64,000 bases of DNA from an uncultured Nitrososphaeraceae archaeon (GTDB taxonomy: Archaea; Thermoproteota; Nitrososphaeria; Nitrososphaerales; Nitrososphaeraceae): NCBI GenBank assembly GCA_963779615.1, contig CAVZZA010000005.1:704001-768000 (forward strand), read 5' to 3'. The position numbers and the translations under genes are program-made. Below, in pieces: positions 10,954-21,999 of this stretch (position 1 is its first letter; the number at the start of each line of letters is the position of its first letter). Under the pieces are notes generated by a model that saw only the letters and a program-made list of their open reading frames with translations, searched no databases and was not told the origin of the DNA.

Positions 10954-12867
10954 ATGGTAATCGTCATGCATTCAAGGGCTTTTAACTCAAATCAAAATAA
11001 TCAAGAAAAACAATCAATAATGGCCACCATTTTACAAAACCTACCTAAAGAGTGTTCATTAACTAAGATTGAATATGAAGGTCCGAGAATCGCGCTTTAT
11101 TCAAACCAGCCAGAATTTTTGTTAAATAATAATCAAGTACTTTCAAACATAGTAAACTTAATAAAAAAAAGAATAGTATTAAGGCTTGATGAATCGATAA
11201 GGAAGAAAGAAAGTGAAGTCTCTAACATAATAGAGAAACACTTATCGAAAGAAACAGGCTTTACAGATGTTTTATTTGATCCCGTTTTAGGAGAGGCAAC
11301 AATCTTTGTAAGAAAAATAAATGAGATTATTTCTAATGAGGAAACAATATCAAACAAATTGATTAATCAAACAGGTTGGAAAATTAATTTTAAAAAAACA
11401 CCAAGAAGCTTGTCCACACTAAAAGAGATCAATAAAATCATAAGGATGGCTTCAGATTACAGAACTCATTTCTATAAAAGAATAGGCGAAAAGATTTTTA
11501 GGGAAAAATTAGATCCGAATATCGAAGCAAGTTTGATCTCTTTAGGAGGATTTGGAGAAATAGGAAGGTCCTCCATGATTTTGAGCACAAATGAAAGCAA
11601 TATATTGATTGATTGTGGACTAAACCTGTATACAAACGATCCATTTTTAATGTTCCCAAGATTTGATTCCGTTGGGATAAAACCTTCAGAAATAGACGCC
11701 ATTGTATTATCTCATGCACATTTTGACCATACTGGGTTTGTACCAGTGTTATTTAAGCATGGATATGATGGACCGATATATTGCACAGAGCCAACATCGA
11801 TCTTAATGTATATGCTATTTAGAGAATACATAAAAAGATATAAGGATAATGCTCACTATTCCATGAAAGAAATTGAGGAAGTTTTTTCTCATTTAATTTA
11901 TTTAAACTATAACATAGTAACCGATCTGTCTCCGGATATAAAAATTACCCCATATAATTCAGGGCATATAATAGGCTCATCTTCGTTTCACTTTCATTTG
12001 GGAAACGGGGATCACAATTTTGTGTATACAGGAGATAAAAAATTTGGAAAAAGTTGTTATTTAGAAAATGCAGTTTGGAATTTTCCAAGGGTTGAGACAT
12101 TATTGATAGAAGCGACAAATGGTGGTAGAGAAGACACCTTTTTATCCAATGAGGAAGCAACGGAGAAACTGATAAACAATATCAACCTGACCATAAAAAA
12201 TAAAGGTTCGGTATTAATTCCCACACAACTAATAGGAACTTCTCAAGAAATGATAATTACCCTTGATCAGCTTATAAAGCAAGGAAAAATAGAAAAATGT
12301 AAAATCCACATTGACAAGTTATTGATCGATGTAAATTCAGTACATGAAAGTTATACCGAGTTTTTAAATAAAGAAATCCAACAAAAGATTACTTCCGGAA
12401 TTTATAATCCATTCCGATCCAGAAGTTTAAGTACAATAAACATCCTGGAAAACAATAAAGATCTCGACCCCGGCATTATTTTATTGCCATCTTCCATGCT
12501 ACAATGCTGGGAATCAATTAATTACCTAAAAAAAGTAATAGACGATCCAAATAGCATGATAATCTTTATTTGCAATCAAATTAACGGGACTCTGGGAAAA
12601 GGTATTGTAGAGAAGCAGAGAAAAATACGGATAGATAAAAATTATTATGACATACGATGTAAAATAGAAACAATCTACTCCTTTAGTTCGCATTCGGATT
12701 TTAATCAACTAAATGCATACATCACTCGTCTAAAGCCAAAACTAAGGAGAATTTTGGTAAATCATGGGGAGAGATCAAAGGTTCAAAATTTTGCCAGCTA
12801 TTCAAGCAAAGTTCATAAGATTCCCACACAATATCAATTAAACCAGGAAGCCACAAAAATACTATAG
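10954..12867 (+). CDS. beta-CASP ribonuclease, aCPSF1/FttA-like (KH + metallo-beta-lactamase)
   Basis: IEYEGP N-terminus, LGGFGEIGRS, HAHFDH, GHIIG, YTGD, SHSD, NHGE. Confidence 0.9.
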   Translation: MVIVMHSRAFNSNQNNQEKQSIMATILQNLPKECSLTKIEYEGPRIALYSNQPEFLLNNNQVLSNIVNLIKKRIVLRLDESIRKKESEVSNIIEKHLSKETGFTDVLFDPVLGEATIFVRKINEIISNEETISNKLINQTGWKINFKKTPRSLSTLKEINKIIRMASDYRTHFYKRIGEKIFREKLDPNIEASLISLGGFGEIGRSSMILSTNESNILIDCGLNLYTNDPFLMFPRFDSVGIKPSEIDAIVLSHAHFDHTGFVPVLFKHGYDGPIYCTEPTSILMYMLFREYIKRYKDNAHYSMKEIEEVFSHLIYLNYNIVTDLSPDIKITPYNSGHIIGSSSFHFHLGNGDHNFVYTGDKKFGKSCYLENAVWNFPRVETLLIEATNGGREDTFLSNEEATEKLINNINLTIKNKGSVLIPTQLIGTSQEMIITLDQLIKQGKIEKCKIHIDKLLIDVNSVHESYTEFLNKEIQQKITSGIYNPFRSRSLSTINILENNKDLDPGIILLPSSMLQCWESINYLKKVIDDPNSMIIFICNQINGTLGKGIVEKQRKIRIDKNYYDIRCKIETIYSFSSHSDFNQLNAYITRLKPKLRRILVNHGERSKVQNFASYSSKVHKIPTQYQLNQEATKIL

Positions 12868-12966
12868 ATAAATAAATAAACTAAATTGAAATTTTTTTGA
12901 ATTATAGTTTTTTTTTGCTTTAATCCAAACTAAATAGGTGGTAAAGTTAGTCAGTAAATCGAACCA

Positions 12967-13257
12967 TTATAAAGATGCATCAACATCTTTATGCCAAATT
13001 TTAACACTAGGTGGAGTTATAATTATCCTTTCCTCGCCCAGCCTTGAAATGTCCCCACCAATAGTACTTACAGACTTATAAAGTTGCTCAACAGCAATTC
13101 TTAAATCGTCCACATCTTTCTGTGCAAGAGGAGTTATCCTAATTATAAGAATCATGTGCTTTTCTATGTCACTTTTAATTTCAGTGATATTTTTAATATC
13201 ACGAAGGGTGAATGTTTTCAAATAAATTGGTTTATTTTGTACATTGTTGTGCAGCAT
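12967..13257 (-). CDS. sepF: Archaeal SepF-family protein
   Basis: GGDISRLGEERIIITPPSVKIW motif. Confidence 0.75.
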   Translation of the reverse strand: MLHNNVQNKPIYLKTFTLRDIKNITEIKSDIEKHMILIIRITPLAQKDVDDLRIAVEQLYKSVSTIGGDISRLGEERIIITPPSVKIWHKDVDASL

Positions 13258-13338
13258 ATTTAGGGTTTATAGAAAAGTTTAGGATCTATTGTTAATAAGA
13301 CTATCGAAAAAAACACAGTATCATGTTTTATGGCAATC

Positions 13339-14451
13339 TTAAATCCTATATTTTTCCACTTCTGTAATACTATAAGGTATGGATGACAGTATTTTATTTG
13401 TTTTATTTAATTTATTTGTAACTTTTACTTGGCAGTTTTTTTCAGGCAGTGCATCAGAGTAGCGCAACGTTATACCTACAGAGTGCAATAACAATTTTTT
13501 ATGTCTACGTAAATCTGGTTTATCACTAATCCTTAAAATTGCTACAGGTCCTGGAACACTAACTGTTTGTATCAAATAGTCAGTATTTAGCACAAGAGTT
13601 AAAAGACTTTCATTTTCCCCATGATCCCTACCAACAATCAATTTTGAATGACCATCAAAACGAAAATGGCGCCCCACTTTTAACAATTCAACATCATTAA
13701 TACTTGGTTCAGAAATAGAATATTTCATCAGGTCGCGTATTCTTTTTGCAAATTGGGGGTCTGTCAACAAACAACCTCCAGCAGAATTTGGTGGATCGGC
13801 AATACTGAATTGTTTGGCTAATTGAAGCTGTTCCTTTCTTGAACGACCTTGTATTGAACCCAGTAAAGATCTGTCGACCAAGCCTTTCTTTTCGGGCTCT
13901 GTTTTGGGTAAAAGTTGGGCGGATAGAGGACGGAGAACCCTACCCTCCAAGTCTGTTTCTTTTTCAATCACAGATAAAGCATGTGAATTTTGACTCATTG
14001 GTCTTTGGTGCAGAACTTCTCCGGTTATTAAAAAATCCGCACCAATTTTATTCATGTGTTTTTTTGCTTCATCATACATCATCATTCTGCAATCAATACA
14101 GGGATTCATTCCTGAACCATAACCATATTTTGGGTTCTTTAACATAGTCAAGTATTCTTTACCCAAATAAATCGTTTTTAATTCTATATCAAGCTCTGAA
14201 GATACCTCCAGGACTTTATGTCCACAGCCTTTTCCACAATCAAAATCACAGAAAGGAGTTTTAATTGCAACAGCCTCTACATCAATGTTTTGTTTTTTCA
14301 TCATACGTACAGCTATTTGGCTATCCAGTCCACCTGAAAGCAATGCTACGGCTTTGATCTTTTTTTTGGGAGAATTTTCACTTTCAGAGCCCTCATCATG
14401 TTTATCATTACAACAGGCTTTTGGGTCATCGGAAAAAGTCATGTTTACCAT
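13339..14451 (-). CDS. PP-loop tRNA sulfurtransferase (ThiI/MnmA-like, DUF814 type)
   Basis: SGGLDS PP-loop, NPCIDC, TGEVLHQRPMSQ, GGCLLTD. Confidence 0.8.
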   Translation of the reverse strand: MVNMTFSDDPKACCNDKHDEGSESENSPKKKIKAVALLSGGLDSQIAVRMMKKQNIDVEAVAIKTPFCDFDCGKGCGHKVLEVSSELDIELKTIYLGKEYLTMLKNPKYGYGSGMNPCIDCRMMMYDEAKKHMNKIGADFLITGEVLHQRPMSQNSHALSVIEKETDLEGRVLRPLSAQLLPKTEPEKKGLVDRSLLGSIQGRSRKEQLQLAKQFSIADPPNSAGGCLLTDPQFAKRIRDLMKYSISEPSINDVELLKVGRHFRFDGHSKLIVGRDHGENESLLTLVLNTDYLIQTVSVPGPVAILRISDKPDLRRHKKLLLHSVGITLRYSDALPEKNCQVKVTNKLNKTNKILSSIPYSITEVEKYRI

Positions 14452-14507
14452 TTGTTTCTCGGGTCAAATGTATTTTAATACTGTCATGTTTATACTTAGC
14501 TATTCAT

Positions 14508-14864
14508 TCAAAAATCTCTATATGATAAAAACTCCTGGATTCTTTTTTTCACCTGTTTGATAGTTCCTGATAGTGGTAAAATTAAAACAGGATAGTTTGC
14601 AAAATATAGTGACAGCAATACATTATTAATATGCTCCAACCTGCATTTGATTATTAAAAATTTTTTTGAGACATCAACAATGTTAACTATTCGAATATTA
14701 GATTTATGAAAATCAATACTGCCACATAATCCAGTAAGTCGTTTGTAAAAATCTTTTGTAAAATTAGAATAAATCAAATCGTCGTCCTGTTGGAGGTAAA
14801 TACAAACATATCGAAATTTCTTCTTAGCTAGTGTCATAAAATAAAGTACTCCTTTTCTTATCAT
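14508..14864 (-). CDS. rnp2: RNase P protein Pop5/Rpp14 family
   Basis: KFRYV N-terminus and SGTIK C-terminal motif; start probably ATG of MTLAKK. Confidence 0.75.
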   Translation of the reverse strand: MIRKGVLYFMTLAKKKFRYVCIYLQQDDDLIYSNFTKDFYKRLTGLCGSIDFHKSNIRIVNIVDVSKKFLIIKCRLEHINNVLLSLYFANYPVLILPLSGTIKQVKKRIQEFLSYRDF

Positions 14865-15438
14865 CTAGCCAAATATTGAGATCATCCCAATATTTTCCCT
14901 TTTCAATATCCAACTTTTCCAAAATAATATTAAATACTTTTATTGGCATTAGTTCAAAATACTCACTGGCCCCACTAGATAAAATAAATTCAAAATTATA
15001 TTTTTTACATAACCCATAAATCCATTTCATATCAAAAAACCATTTTCCCAGCTCATCGTTATTGTAACACCGGATATCAGTTATTAAAAACTCTATTCCG
15101 ATATTATTTCCATTGTATTTTTTTAATAAAGGTTTAATATTGTTTAGGCTCTTAATAGTCAAAATATCAACATCATAAAAATTTTCATCAGAAGTTCCTT
15201 TAAATATAGAACCTTTAATAAAAAAAAAATTATTTTTACTATCTTTAGTATTGAAAGTATTCAAGGAATCACATTTTTTCCTTAAAACAATACTCTCTTG
15301 TTTATCCAATAAAGGTATATTTTTATCAATACATACACCAAAAATATCTAAACCAAAAAAAGTTTTAAAAAAATTTATTGATTTTTCAGAATATAGCAAA
15401 TTCGTATTTAGGTCTATTGTTTTAACTTGTTTCGTCAT
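14824..15438 (-). CDS. rnp3: RNase P protein Rpp30-like (divergent)
   Basis: GIEF and FILSSGA motifs; conserved position between DUF54 gene and Pop5. Confidence 0.65.
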   Translation of the reverse strand: MTKQVKTIDLNTNLLYSEKSINFFKTFFGLDIFGVCIDKNIPLLDKQESIVLRKKCDSLNTFNTKDSKNNFFFIKGSIFKGTSDENFYDVDILTIKSLNNIKPLLKKYNGNNIGIEFLITDIRCYNNDELGKWFFDMKWIYGLCKKYNFEFILSSGASEYFELMPIKVFNIILEKLDIEKGKYWDDLNIWLDDKKRSTLFYDTS

Positions 15439-15444
15439 ACTGAA

Positions 15445-15834
15445 TTATAATTGAAATTTACCTATTTTTTTAAAAACCATGCGTACAGAATCTTTATCAG
15501 AGAGAACGATTTTTCCACTACAAAATTTTTGTTTATCTAAGCGAACGTAAACATGCCCTTTCTTATCAGTATTATATTCAATGTAATGCTTGGCATCAGT
15601 TTCACCATAAGATTCCACAAGGTTCGAGTACAACCTATCAAAGATTTTATCGGCATCCACATTTACAGATACCATAAAGCGGAGTATAGGATTTTTCCAA
15701 TGACCTTCTGTCTTAATAGAATCCATTTTAACAGACTCCAAAGATTTTTCTATAAACTCTAGAACATATTTTAAAACCCTATTTTCATTTTCTGTTGCAT
15801 GGATTAGAATTGATATGTCTACAGACGAATACAA
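15445..15834 (-). CDS. DUF54 RNA-binding protein
   Basis: IHATEN, GHWKNPI, YVRLDKQ. Confidence 0.8.
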   Translation of the reverse strand: MYSSVDISILIHATENENRVLKYVLEFIEKSLESVKMDSIKTEGHWKNPILRFMVSVNVDADKIFDRLYSNLVESYGETDAKHYIEYNTDKKGHVYVRLDKQKFCSGKIVLSDKDSVRMVFKKIGKFQL

Positions 15835-15865
15835 TTTTGAAGAAGGAAAAGAAAGAAAATAAAAT

Positions 15866-16627
15866 CTAAATATCTTCTGAAGTTGATGTATCTACGGTGG
15901 CTGAATCTTCAATATCTTCTGAAGTTGATGTATCTACGGTGGCTGAATCTTCAATATTTTCTTCAGTCTCAGAAAATTCATCACTATCCAAAATATCCTG
16001 ATTTTCCAAATTAGAGATATCCCCTTCTTTTTGAATTGGAGAAGAAATGAGCTTGGTTTTTCTTATTCCAACATGTCTAATAACGGCTATTTTCTTTGAA
16101 ATTTCCATTAAATCAGAACCCAATTTTCCCATTGTTACTTCTTTTACAAACTCATTCAATGATAATTGAGGGATTCTTTCTGCGAGGATTTTATTCATTG
16201 TTAACCTAATTTCGTGTTGTTTAGATGAGTTTATTCTTCTATGACTAAATGCAGTAGCCGAGACTCTAAAAACATACCCATCTGCAGTAGTATATTCATG
16301 TACATAATTTATCATGGAACTTCCACGCCTAATAAGACTTCTTAGAAATTCTTTAGCATATTCATGACCTTTAAAAATAGTAGAAGCTATACCTGAGTTG
16401 ATTTTATCGATTTGAACAAATATTTTGGTTTGATGCTGGGTTGGATCTTGTTTAAGAACATCATATAATGTGTTTTCAATAACTCGTCCTCTAGCATTGT
16501 TTAAATCTGAAATGGGGATATAATTTAACGGAACTTGTTCAAAGGCGGGTGGAGCATTCACTATTATCCATTGTTTATCTCTCCATTTATCACGAACCCT
16601 TCCTCCTCTTCTGGAACCTTTTGCCAT
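15866..16627 (-). CDS. rps3ae: 30S ribosomal protein S3Ae (eS1) with acidic tail
   Basis: RDKWRDKQW, RGRVIE, FKGHEYAKEFLRSLIRRGSS. Confidence 0.95.
   Translation of the reverse strand: MAKGSRRGGRVRDKWRDKQWIIVNAPPAFEQVPLNYIPISDLNNARGRVIENTLYDVLKQDPTQHQTKIFVQIDKINSGIASTIFKGHEYAKEFLRSLIRRGSSMINYVHEYTTADGYVFRVSATAFSHRRINSSKQHEIRLTMNKILAERIPQLSLNEFVKEVTMGKLGSDLMEISKKIAVIRHVGIRKTKLISSPIQKEGDISNLENQDILDSDEFSETEENIEDSATVDTSTSEDIEDSATVDTSTSEDI
15869..15952 (-). repeat. Perfect 42 bp tandem duplication in rps3ae tail
   Basis: aatatcttctgaagttgatgtatctacggtggctgaatcttc x2 (EDSATVDTSTSEDI x2). Confidence 0.92.
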
Positions 16628-17125
16628 ATGGAGGCAGTTCTCACACCCAAAATATAAGTTATACTAACTATTAGAAAGACTACATTTGAATACTAAAAAA
16701 ATTGAGATATGAGAAATTAACCATTTAATTTCATCCATATCAACAATTTGAACACGATAGATGGATTCGCATAAATCACAATAGATAATTAAAAACTGTT
16801 AGAGGTTCTTTAAAAGATTACAATGCATGTGGATTGACCTATAGTCAAAAGACACAGAATTGATTTAAGCTTATATATTTCAACATGAGTCATAATTCAT
16901 TTTGTTGGTTTAATTAACATGCCATGTTTTATCAACTTGCAACCATATGCGTGATTGCTCGAGGATTGTCCTTACACTGTTATAGCAGGAGCATAGAGTA
17001 ATGACTTCAATTTCAAAAAAAATAAAATTGAATGTATACTAATTATTCCACATTATTTTTTATTCTTTCTGTAAAATAAGTAAATCAAGAACTGTATTTA
17101 ACAAGAATTCAATTTAAGGGCAAAT

Positions 17126-18467
17126 TTAATTCGAGTCTTTTACACACCTAAAACCTGCAAAAGGAATTCTCTCATGAGGTTTGTAATAATTTCTATAACT
17201 ATTTCTAATTTGTTTTGCAGATGTTGCAAAACACCCTCCACGCAATACTTTTTGATTTATAGCCCACTTATCAGTATATTCTTCAAATCTCGATTTAAAT
17301 CCAGGATACAGTACATACTCAGAACAAGTCCATTCCCACACGTCACCTATCATTTGATAACAACCATAATGACTTCTTCCAGATGGATAAGAACCCAATA
17401 TAGATGGACTCCATTGATATGATTCAAAAAGATTGGCATGGTCGCTAGATGGAGATTGATTCCCCCAAGGAAAAATAGTTTTTGACTTATTTTTTTCATT
17501 CCATGACGCAGCTTTCTCCCATTCAGCTTCGGTGGGCAATCTTTTTTTTGCCCATTTTGCAAATGCATCTGCCTCATAATAGCTTACATTTACAACAGGT
17601 TCATCAAAAACAATTTCATTAATTCCCCTAAAATCTTTCTTAAACCATTTTTTTTTATTTTCATCAAAATACCAATAAAGTGGGCAGAGCCAATTTTCTT
17701 CCCGTACCAAATCCCACCCATCAGCTAACCAATACCGGTAATTTGCATACCCCCCATCTTCAATAAATTGCATAAAGTCACCATTGGTAACAAGAGAATT
17801 GTCAATGTGGTATGGATTTAGATAATTCTTATTTTCAGGTAATTCGTTATCATAACAAAAGCCTTTACCATTATAACCCAATTCAAAGATTCCGCCAGCA
17901 ATGTCAACCATCTCCCTGTTTATTTTTTCCTTTATTGGCATCTTTTTACTTCTTTTTTTTGGACAATACTTATCGCCCTCCTCTGGAAACCTATTAAAAT
18001 AATGCTGAAAGTCGTACACCATTAATTCCTGATGCTGCATTTCATGATTTATAGCTGTATAGATATCTAAAATTAATTTATCAGAAAATCCTTCTTTATC
18101 TAAAGGTTTTAAAAAGTCTATGAAATGTTTTTCAATTTCTGATCTATATTTTATGGATTGCGTAACAGTAGGTCTTGGATATTTTCCTCTTTCATTTTTT
18201 AATAAAATCTTTCCGTATTTATTATAATAAGAATTAAGATAATCTAGATTAAATTTATTATCAAAAACAACTCCTCGGTCATACTTTTCAAGTATTTTCT
18301 GAAAAAACCATGTAACGTGAGCAATATGCCAATTAGGAGGGCTTCCAAAATTACTAGATTGTATTACTGCATCTTCTGTATCCAAAGGAGAAAAAAGAAT
18401 CCATAGTTTTCTCCCTAACTTCAATAAATTCATTAGCAATATCATTCAAAAGGAAGGTAGACCGCAT
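17126..18467 (-). CDS. egtB: Ergothioneine sulfoxide synthase EgtB-like (DinB + FGE-sulfatase domains), apparent frameshift near 18398
   Basis: SPPNWHIAH, HEMQHQE, RLPTEAEWEKAA, GDVWEW, GFRC; family-like N-terminus lies in another frame from ATG 18467. Confidence 0.85.
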
Positions 18468-18585
18468 CAACAGATAATAGTATATCAAAAAAGTATTTTA
18501 ATCTACTCAATAATTACCAATAATGTAAATTTAAAATATCAAAGTTGAAATATGTAATAGTATTATAGCATATTACTGATATAGT

Positions 18586-18927
18586 TTGGAAAACAGTGAA
18601 TCACAACCATCAGGAGTAGAGCAAATTTCTCCTCAAGGCGATAACAATCAAAGAGGAAGATTCCCTAGAAGGGATGGAAACGAAAGTGGAAACGGAGGCG
18701 GAAGCTATAATAGATTTTTTAAACCGTCACCAGTAAATGCAGGGGAAGAACATGAAGTCAATATTGAATCTATGAGTAAAAGAGGAGATGCAGGTGTAGG
18801 AAGAATTCAAGGATTAGTAATTTTTGTCCCAAATACAAAAGTGGGAGACAAAGTAAAAGTAAAAGTAACACGTGTAGGAAGAGGTTATGCAACAGCTGAG
18901 TTGGTAGAAGCTAAAACTGAAGAATAA
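18586..18927 (+). CDS. TRAM-domain RNA-binding protein
   Basis: PVNAGEE...GVGRIQGLVIFVPNTKVGDKVKVKVTRV. Confidence 0.9.
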   Translation: MENSESQPSGVEQISPQGDNNQRGRFPRRDGNESGNGGGSYNRFFKPSPVNAGEEHEVNIESMSKRGDAGVGRIQGLVIFVPNTKVGDKVKVKVTRVGRGYATAELVEAKTEE

Positions 18928-18987
18928 CCAATAAAGCAAAACTTTTAGTTTTTTTCATGAATTTTCTTTATTTATATATAAATTAAA

Positions 18988-20058
18988 TTGATTGATTCAT
19001 CAATCCATATAATGCAATTACCTAGACAGGTAATAATAGGGGATGGAATACTCAGCAATACAAGGGAATTTATTAAAGAAAATATTCTAAAGGATGAAAA
19101 ATTTGCACTGATAACTGGAGAAAATGTTAAAAAAAAAGTAGGCAGCATAATTGAAAAAAATTTCCTTGAAAATAATATACAATATCAATGGGTTTCAGCA
19201 GGTAGTGCGTCATTTCACAGTGTAAAGCAAATAGAAAATCAATTAAAAAATGATAAAATTGGCGTTATAATAGGAATTGGTGGTGGACGATGTATAGATA
19301 TAGGAAAAATGACAGCAAGTAATTTAAAAAAACCGTTTATAAGTATTCCAACCTCTGCTTCACATGATGGAATTTCAAGTCCATTTGTCTCTTTAAGGGG
19401 AAGCAATAAACCCTATTCTATTAGAGTAGAAACACCTATAGAAATAATAGCTGATTTAAACATAATAGCAAATGCGCCACGCAAATTAATATCTAGCGGG
19501 TGCGGGGATTTAATAGCAAAGATAACAGCCATTAAGGACTGGGAACTAGCAAGGGATAACACCAATGAATATTTCGGGGAGTATGCAGCTAATCTATCAT
19601 ATTTAAGTGCCAAAATGATATTAGACATTTCAAAAAATATCGCAGATAATCATATTGACATACAAGCAACAAGGACAATAGTAGAAGGATTGATAAGTTC
19701 GGGTGTAGCTGCAGGAATTGCAGGAAGTAGTAGACCATGTTCTGGCTCAGAGCATCTATTTAGCCATGCTTTGGAGTTTATTACAAATGGCAAATGTGCA
19801 CTCCATGGTGAAAGAGTAGGAATCGGGACAATAATAATGGCAAAACTACATAAATTAGATTGGAACGAAATAAAAAACGCACTAAAAATTTTAGGCGCAC
19901 CCACCACAGCTAAAGAAATTAAAGCGGACAAAGATGAATTAATTGAAGCGTTCTCCCTTGCACGAGAAATAAGACCAGAGAGATACACCATCCTTAACAA
20001 AATCAATCTCAACAAAAAACAAATTGAAAATTTGATCGAAGAAGTAGGAATTATTTAG
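18988..20058 (+). CDS. egsA: sn-glycerol-1-phosphate dehydrogenase
   Basis: GGGRCID, TSASHDG, SRPCSGSEHLFSHALE, LHGE. Confidence 0.95.
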   Translation: MIDSSIHIMQLPRQVIIGDGILSNTREFIKENILKDEKFALITGENVKKKVGSIIEKNFLENNIQYQWVSAGSASFHSVKQIENQLKNDKIGVIIGIGGGRCIDIGKMTASNLKKPFISIPTSASHDGISSPFVSLRGSNKPYSIRVETPIEIIADLNIIANAPRKLISSGCGDLIAKITAIKDWELARDNTNEYFGEYAANLSYLSAKMILDISKNIADNHIDIQATRTIVEGLISSGVAAGIAGSSRPCSGSEHLFSHALEFITNGKCALHGERVGIGTIIMAKLHKLDWNEIKNALKILGAPTTAKEIKADKDELIEAFSLAREIRPERYTILNKINLNKKQIENLIEEVGII

Positions 20059-20181
20059 ACAATAAAAAGCGTTGAGCAATTAAGCATTTATCAGCTAAAT
20101 AGGTGATAGTTTAACAAGTATCAACAAGTATTTTGGACTGGTGTCATAAATTAAAAAATAAATGAACAAATAAAGAGTAGA

Positions 20182-21093
20182 TTATTTGCTGGTCTTTTTA
20201 GACTTGTTGTCAGCATTTAATGATGCATTGCTCCCATTATCATCATCATCATCATTTTGCTGTTTTCCTTGTGAAGAATCTTCCAGGTTAGAGGAATTGT
20301 TAATTTCAGGGGCAGCACCTTCAGTACCAGAATTTTCTGAAGTATTAACAGCACTAGAATTTGAATATTTTTCTACGAAAACGATGTTTTTAAATGCAGG
20401 AACAAATTTAAAGATATCACCAACAATTCCTCGTTTTATTATTTGAAGGCCATCTAAAAGAAAGATTTTTTCCGGGACACTAATTTCAAGTTCAGAATCT
20501 TTTATTTCATAATGCATATCGGCTTGATCAATAGGCAATCTACGCCTAACTAGATTTGTAATTTTTTCATCATCGCTTTCTATTTTTTTTACAATATTTG
20601 CATCATAGATCAAAGTTCTTCCTGCATACTTGTGATTAAAATCTACCTGAACACGACCTGATCCTATAAACCGTACAATTCCCATCCTTTCATCCAATTC
20701 TATTACATCACCAACCCCTACCTCATTAGCTTTTTCCCCCAATTTACGTAAAGGGATCATTCGCACTTTAGAAGGGTCTCGTTCCCCGAAGGCTTTATCA
20801 GGAGGAATTTCTATATTCAATGGTTCATCCATATTAGCGTTAAGCAACGCATCATCAAGTCCTTTCAATACCCAACCTTCGCCCACACCTAATAATCTAG
20901 GTTCATACTTTCTAGATGGATCAAAATTTTCAGAACTCTTTACATCATTTTCTCTCGTTGTTTCAAAAATTTCATTAGTATCTTTAATCTTAGCAGTATA
21001 ATCTAATAGGATAAGAGAACCTTTTTCTAACGTCATAAAAATCGCTATAAAGTTTCCATATATTAAGTTTGACAAGAAAATCTGCAATACCAA
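20182..21093 (-). CDS. Long-type FKBP peptidyl-prolyl isomerase (SlyD-like)
   Basis: FETT, GLDDAL, PDKAFGERD, VDFNHKYAG; start likely at MTLEK. Confidence 0.9.
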   Translation of the reverse strand: MVLQIFLSNLIYGNFIAIFMTLEKGSLILLDYTAKIKDTNEIFETTRENDVKSSENFDPSRKYEPRLLGVGEGWVLKGLDDALLNANMDEPLNIEIPPDKAFGERDPSKVRMIPLRKLGEKANEVGVGDVIELDERMGIVRFIGSGRVQVDFNHKYAGRTLIYDANIVKKIESDDEKITNLVRRRLPIDQADMHYEIKDSELEISVPEKIFLLDGLQIIKRGIVGDIFKFVPAFKNIVFVEKYSNSSAVNTSENSGTEGAAPEINNSSNLEDSSQGKQQNDDDDDNGSNASLNADNKSKKTSK

Positions 21094-21116
21094 TAAACAA
21101 AGTCATCCTGAATATT

Positions 21117-21780
21117 GGCTCTGTTCACTTAACGACAAATCTAGAGACTGAAGACGCTCTATCTCCTTCACAGGCAATAAAAGAAACAGAACACCTTCAG
21201 AGCATATTGGCCATGGATTGTATTTTTATTTTTCCGACTTGTCATTAAGAAGAACATTTGGAAGGTCATCACGCGATATCAAGAGAAATCATGTGTCCTC
21301 TGGAACTGGATACAAAATACACTCCTCAGAAAATATCAACAAAGAAAAAAATGGCTGATGAATTCATTATCGATGAAACCCTTGGTAAATTAGGCTCAGA
21401 ATTTATCTGGCTTTGGGTTGCAATAGAGGCCAAGAACAAGGAAATTATTGCAGAAGCATTTCAAAAGAGCAAAACATGTTTGTAGCAGGGCGATTTCTAT
21501 CGGCCATTGTGGAAAACATGGGGAGCACCCTGTTTCCACTGATTGAGGTATACGGTATCCACAAGCATGCAGGTTCCTGAAACTACAGCATCACATTCAT
21601 TCCCCTTACGAGAAAAGCGTCATCGAGAGGACTATGCAGCATATCAAGGATAGAACTGAAAGTTTTGATGACTACTTTTTCCATGCAGAAAAAGAATTGC
21701 AAAATAAAGCACGTAAATATTGGTTGAACCTATTTGAGGATTTTCATAATGGAATTAAAAACCGTTAAGTTAACAGAGCC
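21117..21780 (+). mobile_element. IS6-family element with decayed transposase
   Basis: 18 bp TIRs GGCTCTGTT(C/A)ACTTAACG, 8 bp flanks tgaatatt/tggatatt, IIDET...WLWVAI motif, frameshifts. Confidence 0.88.
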
Positions 21781-21999
21781 TGGATATTATACTTTATAGT
21801 TATTATCTGCAATATAATCAAAAACATTAGACAAAATTGTTTATAGTTTTATCATTTCTTATCAGTTTCTTTAGATACTTTGTTTAAACAACAATAAACA
21901 AAGTGATCAAGAAAAAAATCACCAGTGTTTATCTGCGAGTATATACATGTGGATGGGGCAGAAAAAACAGAGGGTAATACTAAAAAATTAAATAGGATT

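Noticed and set aside
16630-17120. Possible small gene (e.g. Pcc1) upstream of rps3ae
   Set aside because: Manual reading gave no convincing open frame or motif
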